Source: Burkholderiales bacterium (GTDB lineage Bacteria > Pseudomonadota > Gammaproteobacteria > Burkholderiales > SHXO01). From it: a DNA stretch of 38,573 nt. Made by a program: the position numbers and the translations under genes. The notes beneath the pieces were generated by a model that searched no databases, was not told the DNA's origin, and saw nothing but the letters and a program-made list of their open reading frames with translations. Numbering within the stretch: position 1 is the stretch's first letter; each line of letters starts with the position of its first letter. This document shows positions 10,314 to 19,968 of the stretch, one piece after another. The stretch covers positions 1-38,573 of the forward strand of contig JBBRGM010000001.1 of assembly GCA_038240725.1 (NCBI GenBank). Direction: 5' to 3'.

Positions 10314-11719
10314 AGCGACGCCTGCAATTTTTCGACGGCCTGCACGAACACCTGCGCACGGTGCTCGTAGTTGCGAAACATGTCGAAGCTCGCGCACGCC
10401 GGCGACAGCATCACGGCGTCGCCTGCGACGGCGTGGTCGAACCCGATGCGTACCGCGTCGGCCATGTCGTTCGCCCGCACGACCGGCACGCCGCTGGCGG
10501 AGATGGCCTGCGCAATGCGCTCTTGATCGCGACCGATCAACACCACTGCTCGAGCGTGTGCTGCGACCGGTGCTGACCGCGGCGAAAAATCTTGTCCTTT
10601 GCCATCGCCCCCGGCGATCAGCACGACTCTCTCGCGCATCCCGTTGAGCGCTGCTACGGTCGCGCCGACGTTGGTGCCTTTGGTGTCGTCGTAGAAACTG
10701 ACACCGTCGATATCCGCGACTTTCTGCACGCGATGCGGCAGGCCTGCGAACTCGCGCAACGCTTGCAGCAGCGGCGCGTACGACAGATCGACGGCGCGTG
10801 CCAACGCCAGCGCGGCAAGCGCATTGGCGGCGTTGTGCAGGCCGGTGACGCGCAACTGGGACATCGGCATCAGCTGCTGATTGCCCTGCGCAAGCCAAGT
10901 GTCGGCACCGACTTGTACCAGGCCCCATTCGTCGTCCGTGGTCGGCTCATCCAGCCCGAATGTACAAACGCGACGCCCGGCGATCGCCATACTGCGACAG
11001 ACTGCATCTTCGCGATTGATCACTTGCACGCCATGACCGCGAAAAATGCGCGCCTTTGCCTGCGCGTAAGCCGCCAGATCCGCGTAGCGGTCCAGATGAT
11101 CTTCCGTGAGGTTCAGACATGCGGCGACCTGTGCATCGAGCGTGTGCGTCGTTTCCAGCTGGAAGCTGGATAACTCGAGGACGAACACTTGCGGTCCGCC
11201 GCCCGTCGACGACGTCCCGTCGTGCAATTCGCCGAGCACGTCGAGTACCGGCAAACCGATGTTGCCTGCGACGACAGTACGCAAGCCGGCCTTACGGCAC
11301 ATCGCGCCCAGCATCTCGGTGACGGTGCTCTTGCCGTTCGAGCCGGTGATCGCCAACACGTTCGCAGCAGCGAGCGAGGGCAGCGATTGCGCGAACAGCT
11401 CGATGTCGCCGACGACAGGTATGCCGGCGCGAGCGGCGGTCTGCACCAGCGGTTCTGCCAGCGGTACGCCGGGACTGATCGCGATGACGTCCACACCGTT
11501 GAACGACTTCGCCTCGAACGCGCCGGTCGCGACGCTAACCCTGGGAAGCTCGAGCTGCAGTTGCGCCGCGCACGGTGGCGCCGCACGCGTGTCGGCCACG
11601 CGCACGTTAGCGCCCTGACGCGCAAGCCAGCGCGCCATCGACAACCCGCTCATGCCGAGCCCAAGAACTAGCGCGTTCTTGCCGGACCATTGCATCGTTC
11701 GTTCGCTTGTCGCGGTCAT
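10310..11719 (-). CDS. murD: UDP-N-acetylmuramoylalanine--D-glutamate ligase
   Basis: [20 protein letters not shown] Rossmann N-terminus and the [11 protein letters not shown]-loop. I set the start at ATG 11719, 5 nt after the mraY stop. ATG 11695 and 11782 are alternatives. Confidence 0.93.
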   Translation of the reverse strand: MTATSERTMQWSGKNALVLGLGMSGLSMARWLARQGANVRVADTRAAPPCAAQLQLELPRVSVATGAFEAKSFNGVDVIAISPGVPLAEPLVQTAARAGIPVVGDIELFAQSLPSLAAANVLAITGSNGKSTVTEMLGAMCRKAGLRTVVAGNIGLPVLDVLGELHDGTSSTGGGPQVFVLELSSFQLETTHTLDAQVAACLNLTEDHLDRYADLAAYAQAKARIFRGHGVQVINREDAVCRSMAIAGRRVCTFGLDEPTTDDEWGLVQVGADTWLAQGNQQLMPMSQLRVTGLHNAANALAALALARAVDLSYAPLLQALREFAGLPHRVQKVADIDGVSFYDDTKGTNVGATVAALNGMRERVVLIAGGDGKGQDFSPRSAPVAAHARAVVLIGRDQERIAQAISASGVPVVRANDMADAVRIGFDHAVAGDAVMLSPACASFDMFRNYEHRAQVFVQAVEKLQASL

Positions 11720-11724
11720 CTCGA

Positions 11725-12807
11725 TCACCGCAGCTTCAGGCTCGAGAGCCCGAACAGAACCAGCATCATTGTGATGATCCAAAAGCGGACGACGACCTGG
11801 TTCTCCTTCCAGCCTTTGAGCTCGTAGTGGTGGTGAATCGGCGCCATTCGAAAGATGCGCTTGCCGCGGAGCTTGAACGACGCAACTTGTAGAACCACGG
11901 ATAAGGTTTCAGCCACGAACACACCGCCCATCACGAACAGCACGATCTCTTGACGCACGATCACCGCAATCGTTCCCAGCGCGGCGCCGAGCGCAAGCGC
12001 ACCGACGTCGCCCATGAAAACTTCTGCTGGATAGGCGTTGAACCAGAGAAATCCCAAGCCCGCGCCCGCCAGCGCGGCGCAGTACACGGTGAGCTCGCCT
12101 GCGCCTGGAATGTGCGGGAAGCCGAGATACTTCGAGAACACCGCATTCCCTGCGACATACGCGAACACGCCGAGTGCGCTGCCGACCATTACGGTTGGCA
12201 GAATCGCGAGTCCATCCAGTCCATCGGTGAGGTTGACCGCGTTGCTGGTGCCGACGATCACCAGATACGTGAGCACGATGAATCCGACGACGCCCAGCGG
12301 ATAATTGACGTGCTTGAAGAACGGCACGATCAGCTCGGTTTGTGCGGGTGTGCCGACGTAGGCTATGTATGCTGCCGCCGCCAATCCCACGACCGATTGC
12401 CAGAAGAACTTCACCCGGGCCGGCAGGCCTTTCGGATTGCGCTGCACGACCTTGCGAAAGTCGTCGATCCAGCCGATCGTGCCGAAGCCGAGCGTGACCG
12501 CAATCACGACCCACACGAAGCGATTCGTGAGGTCTGCCCACAGCAACGTCGTAATCGCAATCGAAACGAGTATCAGCGCGCCGCCCATCGTCGGCGTACC
12601 TGCCTTCGACAGATGCGTCTGCGGCCCGTCGTCGCGCACCGATTGGCCGATCTTGTAGACCGTCAACTTGCGAATCATGATCGGCCCGACGACGAATGAA
12701 ATCGCGAGTGCGGTCAAGGTGGCGAGCACCGCGCGCAGCGTGATGTAGTTGAACACGTTGAAGGCGCGGATGTCTTGCGCGAGCCATTGCGTGAGTAGCA
12801 GCAGCAT
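11725..12807 (-). CDS. mraY: phospho-N-acetylmuramoyl-pentapeptide transferase
   Basis: 360 aa polytopic protein with GTPTMGG and [13 protein letters not shown] motifs. Confidence 0.97.
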   Translation of the reverse strand: MLLLLTQWLAQDIRAFNVFNYITLRAVLATLTALAISFVVGPIMIRKLTVYKIGQSVRDDGPQTHLSKAGTPTMGGALILVSIAITTLLWADLTNRFVWVVIAVTLGFGTIGWIDDFRKVVQRNPKGLPARVKFFWQSVVGLAAAAYIAYVGTPAQTELIVPFFKHVNYPLGVVGFIVLTYLVIVGTSNAVNLTDGLDGLAILPTVMVGSALGVFAYVAGNAVFSKYLGFPHIPGAGELTVYCAALAGAGLGFLWFNAYPAEVFMGDVGALALGAALGTIAVIVRQEIVLFVMGGVFVAETLSVVLQVASFKLRGKRIFRMAPIHHHYELKGWKENQVVVRFWIITMMLVLFGLSSLKLR

Positions 12808-12808
12808 G

Positions 12809-14185
12809 TCAGTGAGCCCGGTCCGCCGACTGCTGCTCGCCGTTCAGGAAACGCTGGATCACGCGCTCCATCCGCATGAAGCGCGATCCTTTCACCAGCA
12901 TCGTAGTATCCCGATCGATCGCCTTTTCAAGCGCCGCGCACAGGGCGTCGACGTCGGTGAAATGTTCCGCGCCGCTGCCGAAGCTGCGCGCAGCTGCGGC
13001 GGACAGATCGCCGAGCGTGAACAGACGATCGATGCCCGCAATGCGTGCCTGCTCGCCGATCTCCCCGTGCAGCGCGGACGCATCGGCGCCCAGCTCGCCC
13101 ATATCGCCAAGCACGAGCACGCGTTTGCCCGGCACAGCCGCCAGTACTGCGATCGCGGCTCGCACCGAATCCGGATTCGCGTTGTAGGTGTCGTCGATCA
13201 GCACAGCGCCGCCGCGCGCGGGTTTGCGCTGCAGGCGGCCTCTCGTGCCGGCGTACGCCGCGAGGCCCGCCGCAATGTGCTCGGGCGCAATTTCCAGCGC
13301 ATACGCGACGGCCGCAGCCGCCAAGGCGTTGCAGACGTTATGCGCGCCGGCAACTTGCAGCGTTATCTGGAATGCGCCATCGGGCGTGCGACATGAAATC
13401 GAGCTGCCGGATTCAGTGAGGTCGTATTGGGCGCTCACCTCGGCGGGCTCTTCGATACCGAATTCGACGACGCGCCGGCCGCTGTTCAGATCGCGCCAGA
13501 GCTGTGCATAGTCGTCGTCTGCATTGATGACGGCGATGCCGCTGTGGCTGAGACCAGCGTAGATCTCGCCTTTGGCCTGCGCGATCGCGTCGCGCGATCC
13601 CAGCTCGCCGATGTGCGCAATGCCGGCGTTGTTCACCACGGCTAAGCTCGGTCGAGCGAGCTCGGTTAGATAGTGAATCTCACCGAGATGGTTCATCCCC
13701 ATCTCGATTACGGCAAAGTGATGCTGACTGCGCAGACGCAACAGCATCAGCGGCATGCCGATATCGTTATTGAGATTGCCGATCGTCGCGAGCACCGCGT
13801 TGTCGCCGACCGCCGCGCGCAACACGCCGGCCAGCATTTCTTTCAGCGTCGTCTTGCCATTGCTGCCGGTGATCGCGATCAGCGGCAAGTCGAACCGGCT
13901 GCGCCAGTGCGTGGATAATTTTCCGAGCGCTTTCAGCGAATCGTCGACGATGATCAGCGGTATGCCTGGCGCGGCATCGAAATCGCGCTCTACCATCGCC
14001 CCGGCAGCACCCATCTGAAACGCGCCATCGACGAATGCATGGCCATCGAAGCGCTCGCCACGCAGCGCGACGAACAGATCGCCGTCCCGCACCTGCCGGC
14101 TATCGGTGGTAACGCCGATGAACGTTTTGTTCGGTCCGGTGTGCGTCGCGCCGATCGCCTGGGCTGCTGATTTGAGATCGAGCAT
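12809..14185 (-). CDS. murF: UDP-N-acetylmuramoyl-tripeptide--D-alanyl-D-alanine ligase
   Basis: [13 protein letters not shown]...[27 protein letters not shown] and the P-loop [13 protein letters not shown]. The start ATG 14185 lies 4 nt after the murE stop. The upstream track-ORF extension lies inside murE. Confidence 0.94.
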   Translation of the reverse strand: MLDLKSAAQAIGATHTGPNKTFIGVTTDSRQVRDGDLFVALRGERFDGHAFVDGAFQMGAAGAMVERDFDAAPGIPLIIVDDSLKALGKLSTHWRSRFDLPLIAITGSNGKTTLKEMLAGVLRAAVGDNAVLATIGNLNNDIGMPLMLLRLRSQHHFAVIEMGMNHLGEIHYLTELARPSLAVVNNAGIAHIGELGSRDAIAQAKGEIYAGLSHSGIAVINADDDYAQLWRDLNSGRRVVEFGIEEPAEVSAQYDLTESGSSISCRTPDGAFQITLQVAGAHNVCNALAAAAVAYALEIAPEHIAAGLAAYAGTRGRLQRKPARGGAVLIDDTYNANPDSVRAAIAVLAAVPGKRVLVLGDMGELGADASALHGEIGEQARIAGIDRLFTLGDLSAAAARSFGSGAEHFTDVDALCAALEKAIDRDTTMLVKGSRFMRMERVIQRFLNGEQQSADRAH

Positions 14186-14189
14186 GGCG

Positions 14190-15659
14190 CTACGTGCGTC
14201 CCGCCAGCACAGCGTTGGCGACATCGACGTCGCTGAACGGAAAACGTTGCCCCGCGATCTCCTGGTACGTCTCGTGACCCTTGCCCGCGAGCAGCACGAT
14301 GTCCGGCGCAGAAGCGTCGTGAATGGCGCGATAGATCGCCGCCGCACGGTCGGCTTCGATTTCATAAGTCGGATGCGCGCCCGCTACGATCTGTCCGATG
14401 ATGGTCTGCGGATCTTCGCTGCGCGGGTTGTCGCTCGTCACGATCGTCAGGTCGGCGAGCCGGGTGGCAACTTCTCCCATCAGCGGCCGCTTGCCCGCAT
14501 CGCGCTCGCCGCCGCAGCCGATCACGCAGATCAAACGTCCGCTATCGCGCTGGACTGCGCGCAGCGCTTGGAGAACCTTCGCCAGCGCATCCGGCGTATG
14601 CGCGTAGTCCACCACGACCATCGGACGGCCCGGGTGGCGCACCATCTGCATGCGGCCCGGAACCGGTTCGACCCGCTCGAGCGCACGCGTCGCTTCGTCG
14701 AGTTTGATGCCGGCCGCGAGCAGCGTGCTCAGTACCCCGAGCAGATTGAGCGCGTTGTACTCGCCGAGAAGCTGGCTGCGAATCTGGCCCGCGCCGAACG
14801 GCGTTTTCACGTCGAACGACAGGCCGTGTGCCGACAAGTCCAAAGCGTGCCCGGAGACATCGCCGGTCTCCAGGCCGTAAGTAAGTACGTCGACCTGCGC
14901 GCGATTCAGCGACGCTGCCAGGCTTGCTCCAAATACGTCGCCGACGTTGATCACTGCGTGCTGCAGCCCAGGCCAGCGCAACAGGCGCGCTTTCGTCTCG
15001 CCGTACGCCTGCATGCTGCCGTGGTAATCCAGATGATCGCGCGACAGGTTGGTGAACAGCGCAGTGGCGATCGCGACGTCGTTCACCCGGCCTTGATCGA
15101 TGCCGTGCGACGACACTTCCATTGCCACGCCTTTCGCGCCTTGTGCGAGCAGCGTCGCCAAGCTCGACTGCACGGCAACGGCGTCGGGTGTCGTACGCGA
15201 TCCGGGTACCAGGTGATCGACGAAACCGCTACCTAACGTGCCCATGACGGCAGTGCGCCGGCCGAGATGCGTAAGTGCCTGCGCGATCCAATGCGAGCAC
15301 GACGTCTTGCCGTTGGTTCCGGTTACGCCCGCGACCCACAGCTTGCTGGAGGGATCGCCGTACACCGTAGCGGCAATCGCGCCGAGCCGGTCGCGCAAAT
15401 TTGGCACGCCGACGTTCGCAATACGCCACGCGTTGTTCCACTGAAAGCCCTGCGCTTCCCAGATCACGCCCATGGCACCGACCGCGATCGCCTGTGGAAT
15501 CAAGGTGCGCGCATCGACGCGAGTACCGGGGAGTGCAACAAATACGTCGCCCGGCAACACACGCCGCGTGTCGGTCGACAAACGCCGTACCGGCACGCCG
15601 AGCTGCGCAATCGCAGCGACGGCATCGGCCCGGTAGTTTATGTCTGCGGGAGCGCCCAT
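14190..15659 (-). CDS. murE: UDP-N-acetylmuramoyl-L-alanyl-D-glutamate--2,6-diaminopimelate ligase
   Basis: STDTRRVLPGDVFVALPG, P-loop VTGTNGKTSCSHW and the DNPRSEDP motif. The start ATG 15659 lies 2 nt after the ftsI stop. The 881-aa track ORF is an artefactual extension through ftsI. Confidence 0.95.
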   Translation of the reverse strand: MGAPADINYRADAVAAIAQLGVPVRRLSTDTRRVLPGDVFVALPGTRVDARTLIPQAIAVGAMGVIWEAQGFQWNNAWRIANVGVPNLRDRLGAIAATVYGDPSSKLWVAGVTGTNGKTSCSHWIAQALTHLGRRTAVMGTLGSGFVDHLVPGSRTTPDAVAVQSSLATLLAQGAKGVAMEVSSHGIDQGRVNDVAIATALFTNLSRDHLDYHGSMQAYGETKARLLRWPGLQHAVINVGDVFGASLAASLNRAQVDVLTYGLETGDVSGHALDLSAHGLSFDVKTPFGAGQIRSQLLGEYNALNLLGVLSTLLAAGIKLDEATRALERVEPVPGRMQMVRHPGRPMVVVDYAHTPDALAKVLQALRAVQRDSGRLICVIGCGGERDAGKRPLMGEVATRLADLTIVTSDNPRSEDPQTIIGQIVAGAHPTYEIEADRAAAIYRAIHDASAPDIVLLAGKGHETYQEIAGQRFPFSDVDVANAVLAGRT

Positions 15660-15661
15660 CG

Positions 15662-17392
15662 TCAAACCTCTTCTCGCACTTCGGGCACGCCATCCAACGG
15701 CACGACATCGGTCATCGGCGCATCGGGCGCAATCGACATCATGCGCAGTACTTCCGACATGACGCGGCTGAACACGGGCGCTGCGACTGAGCCGCCGTAA
15801 TATTGTCCATCGCTCGGCTCGTCCAGCATCACCGCAACCACGAAGCGCGGCGCGGAAGCCGGCGCCAGTCCGACAAACGACGAGACGTAGCGATCGCCCG
15901 CGTACGAGCGGCCTTCCAGTTTGTGCGCAGTGCCGGTCTTGCCGGCGACTCGGTAGCCCAGAATCTGCGCGCGCGGCGCCGTACCGCCTGGCCGCACCAC
16001 CAGCTCGAGCATCGTGCGAACTGCGAGCGCAGTCTTCGCCGATACGATCTGCGGGCCCGACACCGGTTCGTCGTGGCGAAACAACGTCAGCGGTTGTAAT
16101 TCGCCACCGGTTGCAAAAATCGTGTAGGCGCGGGCAAGCTGCAGCAGACTGACCGAGATGCCATGGCCATAAGACAACGTCGCCTGCTCGATCGGCCGCC
16201 AGGTTTGATAAGCACGCAGATGTCCAGAAACTTCGCCCGGAAAATTGAGCTGCGGAACGCTGCCGAACCCGGCAGTCGAGAAAATCCGCCAGAGTGTCTC
16301 GCGCGGGAGCGACAACGCAATTTTCGCTGCGCCGACGTTCGACGATTTCTGAATGATCTGCGAGATCGTCAGCATCCCTTCCGGATGCGCATCGTGGATC
16401 GTGCGATCGCCGACGACCAGATAACCGGGCGCGGTTTGCATCAGCGAATCGGGCTGAATGATTCCGGCTTCGAGTCCCGCGGCGACGGTGAACGGTTTCA
16501 ACGTCGAGCCCGGCTCGAACGTATCGGTAATCGCACGGTTGCGTGCGCGGCGCGCGTCGAGCGTGGCGCGGTTGTTGGGATTGAACGCAGGCAGATTCGC
16601 CAGCGCGAGCACTTCGCCGGTGTGCACGTCGAGCACGACAATGCCGCCGGCCTTGGCGCGATGCTGCGTAACGGCTGCTTTCAGTTCGCGGTAAGCGAGA
16701 TACTGCAACTTGCGGTCGATCGACAGCGCGAGATCGCGGCCTTCGATCGGCGCGCGAATGTTCTCCGCATCTTCGACCACGCGGCCGAGGCGATCTTTGA
16801 TCACGCGGCGGCTGCCGGGCTTGCCGGACAACCAATCCTGATAGGCGAGCTCCAGGCCCTCCTGTCCGCGATCGTCCACGTCGGTGATGCCGATGACGTG
16901 CGCAGTGATGTCACCGGTCGGGTAATAGCGGCGATATTCGCGCTTGAGCGAGATGCCGGGCAGGTTGAGCTTGACGATCTTGGTCGCCACCTCCGGCACC
17001 AGGTGCCGTTTCAGATAGACGAAATCGCGGCCGTTGTCGGTAAGTTTCCGCTTGAGCTCCGACTCGTCGATGTCGAGCAACTGCGACAGCTGATGGCGTT
17101 GCGCGCCGGTCAACGTCGCATCGCTCGGACTCGCCCACACCGACTCGACCGGCGTGCTGATCGCGAGCGGTTCACCCGAGCGATCGGTGATCATGCCGCG
17201 ATGCGCGGGCAACTCGATCACGCGGCTGAATCGCGACGCGCCTTCCTGCTGGAGAAAGTCGTGATGCCACACTTGCAGGTACATCGCGCGCGCGGTGAGA
17301 ACGCCGAACCAGGCGAGCACCAGCGCGAGCAGCACCGTGGCTCGTCGCGCGGGAAGCCGCAGCTGCAATGCTGGATGCGACAGCGACTTCAT
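15662..17392 (-). CDS. ftsI: peptidoglycan D,D-transpeptidase FtsI (PBP3)
   Basis: 576 aa with an N-terminal TM. Penicillin-binding motifs GSTLKP (SxxK), KSSNVG (SxN) and KTGTA (KTG). Confidence 0.96.
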   Translation of the reverse strand: MKSLSHPALQLRLPARRATVLLALVLAWFGVLTARAMYLQVWHHDFLQQEGASRFSRVIELPAHRGMITDRSGEPLAISTPVESVWASPSDATLTGAQRHQLSQLLDIDESELKRKLTDNGRDFVYLKRHLVPEVATKIVKLNLPGISLKREYRRYYPTGDITAHVIGITDVDDRGQEGLELAYQDWLSGKPGSRRVIKDRLGRVVEDAENIRAPIEGRDLALSIDRKLQYLAYRELKAAVTQHRAKAGGIVVLDVHTGEVLALANLPAFNPNNRATLDARRARNRAITDTFEPGSTLKPFTVAAGLEAGIIQPDSLMQTAPGYLVVGDRTIHDAHPEGMLTISQIIQKSSNVGAAKIALSLPRETLWRIFSTAGFGSVPQLNFPGEVSGHLRAYQTWRPIEQATLSYGHGISVSLLQLARAYTIFATGGELQPLTLFRHDEPVSGPQIVSAKTALAVRTMLELVVRPGGTAPRAQILGYRVAGKTGTAHKLEGRSYAGDRYVSSFVGLAPASAPRFVVAVMLDEPSDGQYYGGSVAAPVFSRVMSEVLRMMSIAPDAPMTDVVPLDGVPEVREEV

Positions 17393-17706
17393 CGACGCGC
17401 TCCCGCGCTACCTTTCACCGGCGGTGTGCTCGGCGCAACTGCAGCGTTGGGCGACACGAAATGCACTTGCTGCGTCGAAGGCAATTGCATGCGCAGGATG
17501 CCGCTTGCGACTTTCTCGATGCGTGCGTGCATCGCCCACGTGCTCTGCTCGAGCTGCAGCTGGCCCCATTCGACGTCGATCTGCTTGGCGATTTCCTGCT
17601 CTTTGGATAGCTGCGAGAACAACTCGCGCGCCTTGTGCTGAGAGGTGATCAGCGCCAGCGCGCAGAGCACGAGCATGAGGGACAGCACGATGTTGAGACG
17701 CAGCAC
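17389..17706 (-). CDS. ftsL: cell division protein FtsL
   Basis: TM helix (LNIVLSLMLVLCALALI) followed by a coiled-coil-like segment (ELFSQLSKEQEIAKQIDVEWGQLQLEQ). The stop overlaps the ftsI ATG (ATGA). I set the start at GTG 17706 (VLRLNIVL..., GGGGA SD upstream, 7 nt after the rsmH stop). The alternative ATG 17760 would overlap rsmH by 47 nt. Confidence 0.8.
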   Translation of the reverse strand: MLRLNIVLSLMLVLCALALITSQHKARELFSQLSKEQEIAKQIDVEWGQLQLEQSTWAMHARIEKVASGILRMQLPSTQQVHFVSPNAAVAPSTPPVKGSAGARR

Positions 17707-17713
17707 GCTGGAC

Positions 17714-18679
17714 CTATCCCCAGCCCGGCCGAACGGAGCGGTCTGGACCGACTGCGACATCCAGCTTTTCTGCCACGCGCATCACCGCGCTGCGTGCACG
17801 CGGATTTGCGCTGACCTCAGCAGCCGATGGACGCTGAAGTTTGCCGATCAGACGCAACGGTGGTTGCGCGCGATCGATCTCGCGAATCGCTAAACCACGT
17901 GGAACCGGCGCCGGCTGCGAGGCTTCGCGCATGAAGCGCTTGACGATGCGGTCCTCGAGCGAATGAAAGCTGATCACGACGAGACGCCCACCTGCGCGCA
18001 GCAGATCGATGCATTGCTGCAACGCTAGCGACAGTTCCTCAAGCTCTTGATTGATGAAAATCCGAAGAGCCTGGAATGTCCGCGTCGCCGGGTTTTGACC
18101 TGGCTCGCGCGTCCGAACGGCCTTCTCCACGATCTGGGCAAGCTGTCGGGTGGTGTCGATAGCTCCCCCCGATCGAGCCGCAACAATCGCTCTTGCAATC
18201 GACCGAGCAAACCGTTCTTCGCCATAGGTTTTGATCACCTCCCCAATGTCGCTTTCGGAAGCGCTCGCCAGCCATTGCGCAGCCGTGAGCCCTCGTGTTG
18301 CGTCCATACGCATGTCGAGCGGTCCGTCGAAACGAAAGCTGAAGCCGCGCCGGCTGTCTTCCAGTTGCGGCGACGACATCCCCAGATCCATCAATATTCC
18401 ATCCACGGCCACGATTTTTCGTTGAGTCGCAATCTCCGTCAACCGGCTGAAACTCGCGTGTGCGATGGCAAAGCGCGCATCGCTCATGCTCTGTGCTGCA
18501 GCGATCGCATCCAGATCGCGATCCATTGCGAGCAATTGGCCTTCACCGCTCAGCCGGCGCAGAATCTCGCGACTATGTCCGCCACGTCCGAACGTACAAT
18601 CCAGGTACACGCCATTCGCCTTCACCTGCAGCGCATCCACCGCCTCATGCAGCAGCACCGACTGATGCGTGTGATCCAT
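17714..18679 (-). CDS. rsmH: 16S rRNA (cytosine1402-N4)-methyltransferase
   Basis: [17 protein letters not shown]...[16 protein letters not shown] and [12 protein letters not shown] motifs. The start ATG 18679 lies 2 nt after the mraZ stop. The upstream track-ORF extension overlaps mraZ. Confidence 0.95.
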   Translation of the reverse strand: MDHTHQSVLLHEAVDALQVKANGVYLDCTFGRGGHSREILRRLSGEGQLLAMDRDLDAIAAAQSMSDARFAIAHASFSRLTEIATQRKIVAVDGILMDLGMSSPQLEDSRRGFSFRFDGPLDMRMDATRGLTAAQWLASASESDIGEVIKTYGEERFARSIARAIVAARSGGAIDTTRQLAQIVEKAVRTREPGQNPATRTFQALRIFINQELEELSLALQQCIDLLRAGGRLVVISFHSLEDRIVKRFMREASQPAPVPRGLAIREIDRAQPPLRLIGKLQRPSAAEVSANPRARSAVMRVAEKLDVAVGPDRSVRPGWG

Positions 18680-18681
18680 GC

Positions 18682-19128
18682 TCAGAGTGAGAAGCCCTCC
18701 AGCTCCGGCGGAATGCTGTCCTCGCTCAAGTTGCTGGACTTGCCCATCTGGCTCGCCCACTTTTCTTCGTCCCACAATTCGAAGCGAGCGCCCTGGCCCA
18801 CCAGTGCGACGTCTTTTTCCAGGCTGGCGAATTTGCGCAGCGGGCCGGGAATTAAGATCCGGCCAGCGCCATCGATCTCGACGTCGGATGCATTCCCGAC
18901 GAGCAGCCGCTGCAAATCGCGCGTGCGGGGATTGAAGCTGGATAGGCTCATCAACCGCTGCTGGATTGGTTCCCAATCCGGCGCGGCGTATAAAAGCAGG
19001 CACGAAGCAGAGTCGGTAGTGATGACTAACTTCCCATCGGCACGGACGTGCAAAGCCTCGCGGAATCTCGCTGGTACGGCGAGCCGGCCCTTACTATCCA
19101 AGGTTAAAGATGTAACTCCGCGAAACAC
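18682..19128 (-). CDS. mraZ: transcriptional regulator MraZ
   Basis: 148 aa. (M)[22 protein letters not shown] plus a second half-repeat ([13 protein letters not shown]). GTG start at 19128 preceded by an AAGGGG SD. First gene of the dcw cluster. Confidence 0.96.
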   Translation of the reverse strand: MFRGVTSLTLDSKGRLAVPARFREALHVRADGKLVITTDSASCLLLYAAPDWEPIQQRLMSLSSFNPRTRDLQRLLVGNASDVEIDGAGRILIPGPLRKFASLEKDVALVGQGARFELWDEEKWASQMGKSSNLSEDSIPPELEGFSL

Positions 19129-19150
19129 ATAACCCCTTTTCTAAGGGTTT

Positions 19151-19178
19151 CCCCCACAATTACCCACTATTCCCCACC
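19151..19178 (-). promoter_or_regulatory. putative MraZ operator: three direct GTGGG boxes at 10-bp phasing in the mraZ leader
   Basis: The minus strand reads GTGGGGAATA-GTGGGTAATT-GTGGGGG, between the -10 box and the mraZ SD. This is the same design as the TGGGN direct repeats with 5-nt spacers bound by E. coli MraZ. Confidence 0.65.
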
Positions 19179-19185
19179 TCGCGGC

Positions 19186-19214
19186 ACTATAGTTAAAAGG
19201 GTTTACCCGGTCAA
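19186..19214 (-). promoter_or_regulatory. sigma70-type promoter of the dcw cluster (Pmra)
   Basis: The minus strand has TTGACC (19214..19209), a 17-nt spacer, then TATAGT (19191..19186). It sits about 58 nt upstream of the mraZ start, in an AT-richer intergenic region. Confidence 0.7.
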
Positions 19215-19390
19215 GCGATGATTTAGAGATTTTGCATTCAGGACAACGACTTACCTTAACGACTTGAGAAGCCGTAATAAATCCGAAAACAACAGTTAAA
19301 AATGAGTGGGCTAGCGCGAGAAATGAAGGTTTTTTCGAGATGCAGCCAGCTAAGCTGGCCGGTCAGAAGGGAAATGCAGGGGCGAGCAAG

Positions 19391-19907
19391 GTGTGAAGCT
19401 GGCCTGTAAGCCGGGTTCTGTCTGGGGCGAGCCCCGAGGCAATCATTCCTCTAAGGCCGGCGGTTACCCGACGGCTCAAGCGACCTACCCGGGAGCAGCG
19501 CGAGCAACGCTATCGCTCCCCTATTTGGTCTTGCTCCGGATGGGGTTTAGCGTGCCGTCCCTGTTACCAGGTCCGCGGTGGGCTCTTACCCGCAGCCCGC
19601 TTGCGCGAGCCGCTGCGCACCTTGCGGTAGCGCACACCGTTTCACCCTTACCAGCGCGTCGTCGGTACGCGCTTCGGCGGTCTGTTCTCTGTTCCATCCC
19701 GGTCTCGACTGGGCCGACAGGCTCGGAGCATTACTCCGATTCCGACGCAACCTGTAGGTTAGTCTGCACCGAGATCCCCGCGGGTTGCGCCCGCAAGGAC
19801 TTTCCATCGCCTCACGGCGCCCGGCCGTTAGCCGGCATCCTGCTCTGCGGAGCCCGGACTTTCCTCTGCAAGACAGCTTCTCTTGCAGCGATTGCCCAGC
19901 CAGCTTC
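19391..19907 (-). ncRNA. rnpB: RNase P RNA, bacterial type A (unusually long)
   Basis: The minus strand starts GAAGCTGGCTGG... and ends ...ACAGAACCCGGCTTACAGGCCAGCTTCACAC, so the P1 strands GAAGCTGGC and GCCAGCTTC pair. Universally conserved P4 strands are present: GAGGAAAGTCCGGGCTCC (19866..19849) and ACAGAACCCGGCTTA (19421..19407). GGTAAGGGTGAAA and CCGGAGCAAGACCAAATAGGGG are alignable with E. coli M1 RNA. The ends are good to a few nt. Confidence 0.92.
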
Positions 19908-19968
19908 ACGGGCGACATCGTAACCGACTGCGGGTGGGTTGGCGCGACGATCTGGTGCGAGCGCCGAG

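Noticed and set aside
9150-10928. Long N-terminal extensions of track ORFs: ftsW to 10928, murF to 14365, murE to 16835, rsmH to 19003, ddl to 5692, SPOR-like to 34769, birA to 36833, and the small secreted ORF to 28809
   Set aside because: The extensions are Arg-rich, run through the upstream gene, and precede the homologous N-termini. Internal starts that abut or overlap the upstream stop codon give proteins of normal length.
14106-15236. 376-aa plus-strand ORF antisense to the murF/murE junction
   Set aside because: GC-driven shadow ORF. It spans two real genes on the other strand and has biased Arg/His composition.
16163-17641. 492-aa plus-strand ORF antisense to ftsI and ftsL
   Set aside because: GC-driven shadow ORF. 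FtsI, with its SxxK/SxN/KTG motifs, occupies the opposite strand.
18047-19132. 361-aa plus-strand ORF antisense to rsmH and mraZ
   Set aside because: Shadow ORF with no motifs. It crosses the rsmH/mraZ gene boundary.
19345-19359. Hairpin GCCAGC-TTA-GCTGGC about 30 nt downstream of the rnpB 3' end, considered as the rnpB terminator
   Set aside because: On the rnpB strand the stem is followed by an A-run, not a U-run. On the other strand the T-run precedes the stem. It therefore does not fit an intrinsic terminator on either strand. It may be a processing or protein-binding hairpin, but I cannot support a call.
19393-19923. 176-aa plus-strand and 110-aa minus-strand ORFs between mraZ and the phosphoesterase gene
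   Set aside because: The region is RNase P RNA, with conserved P4 strands and P1 pairing. The ORFs are incidental.
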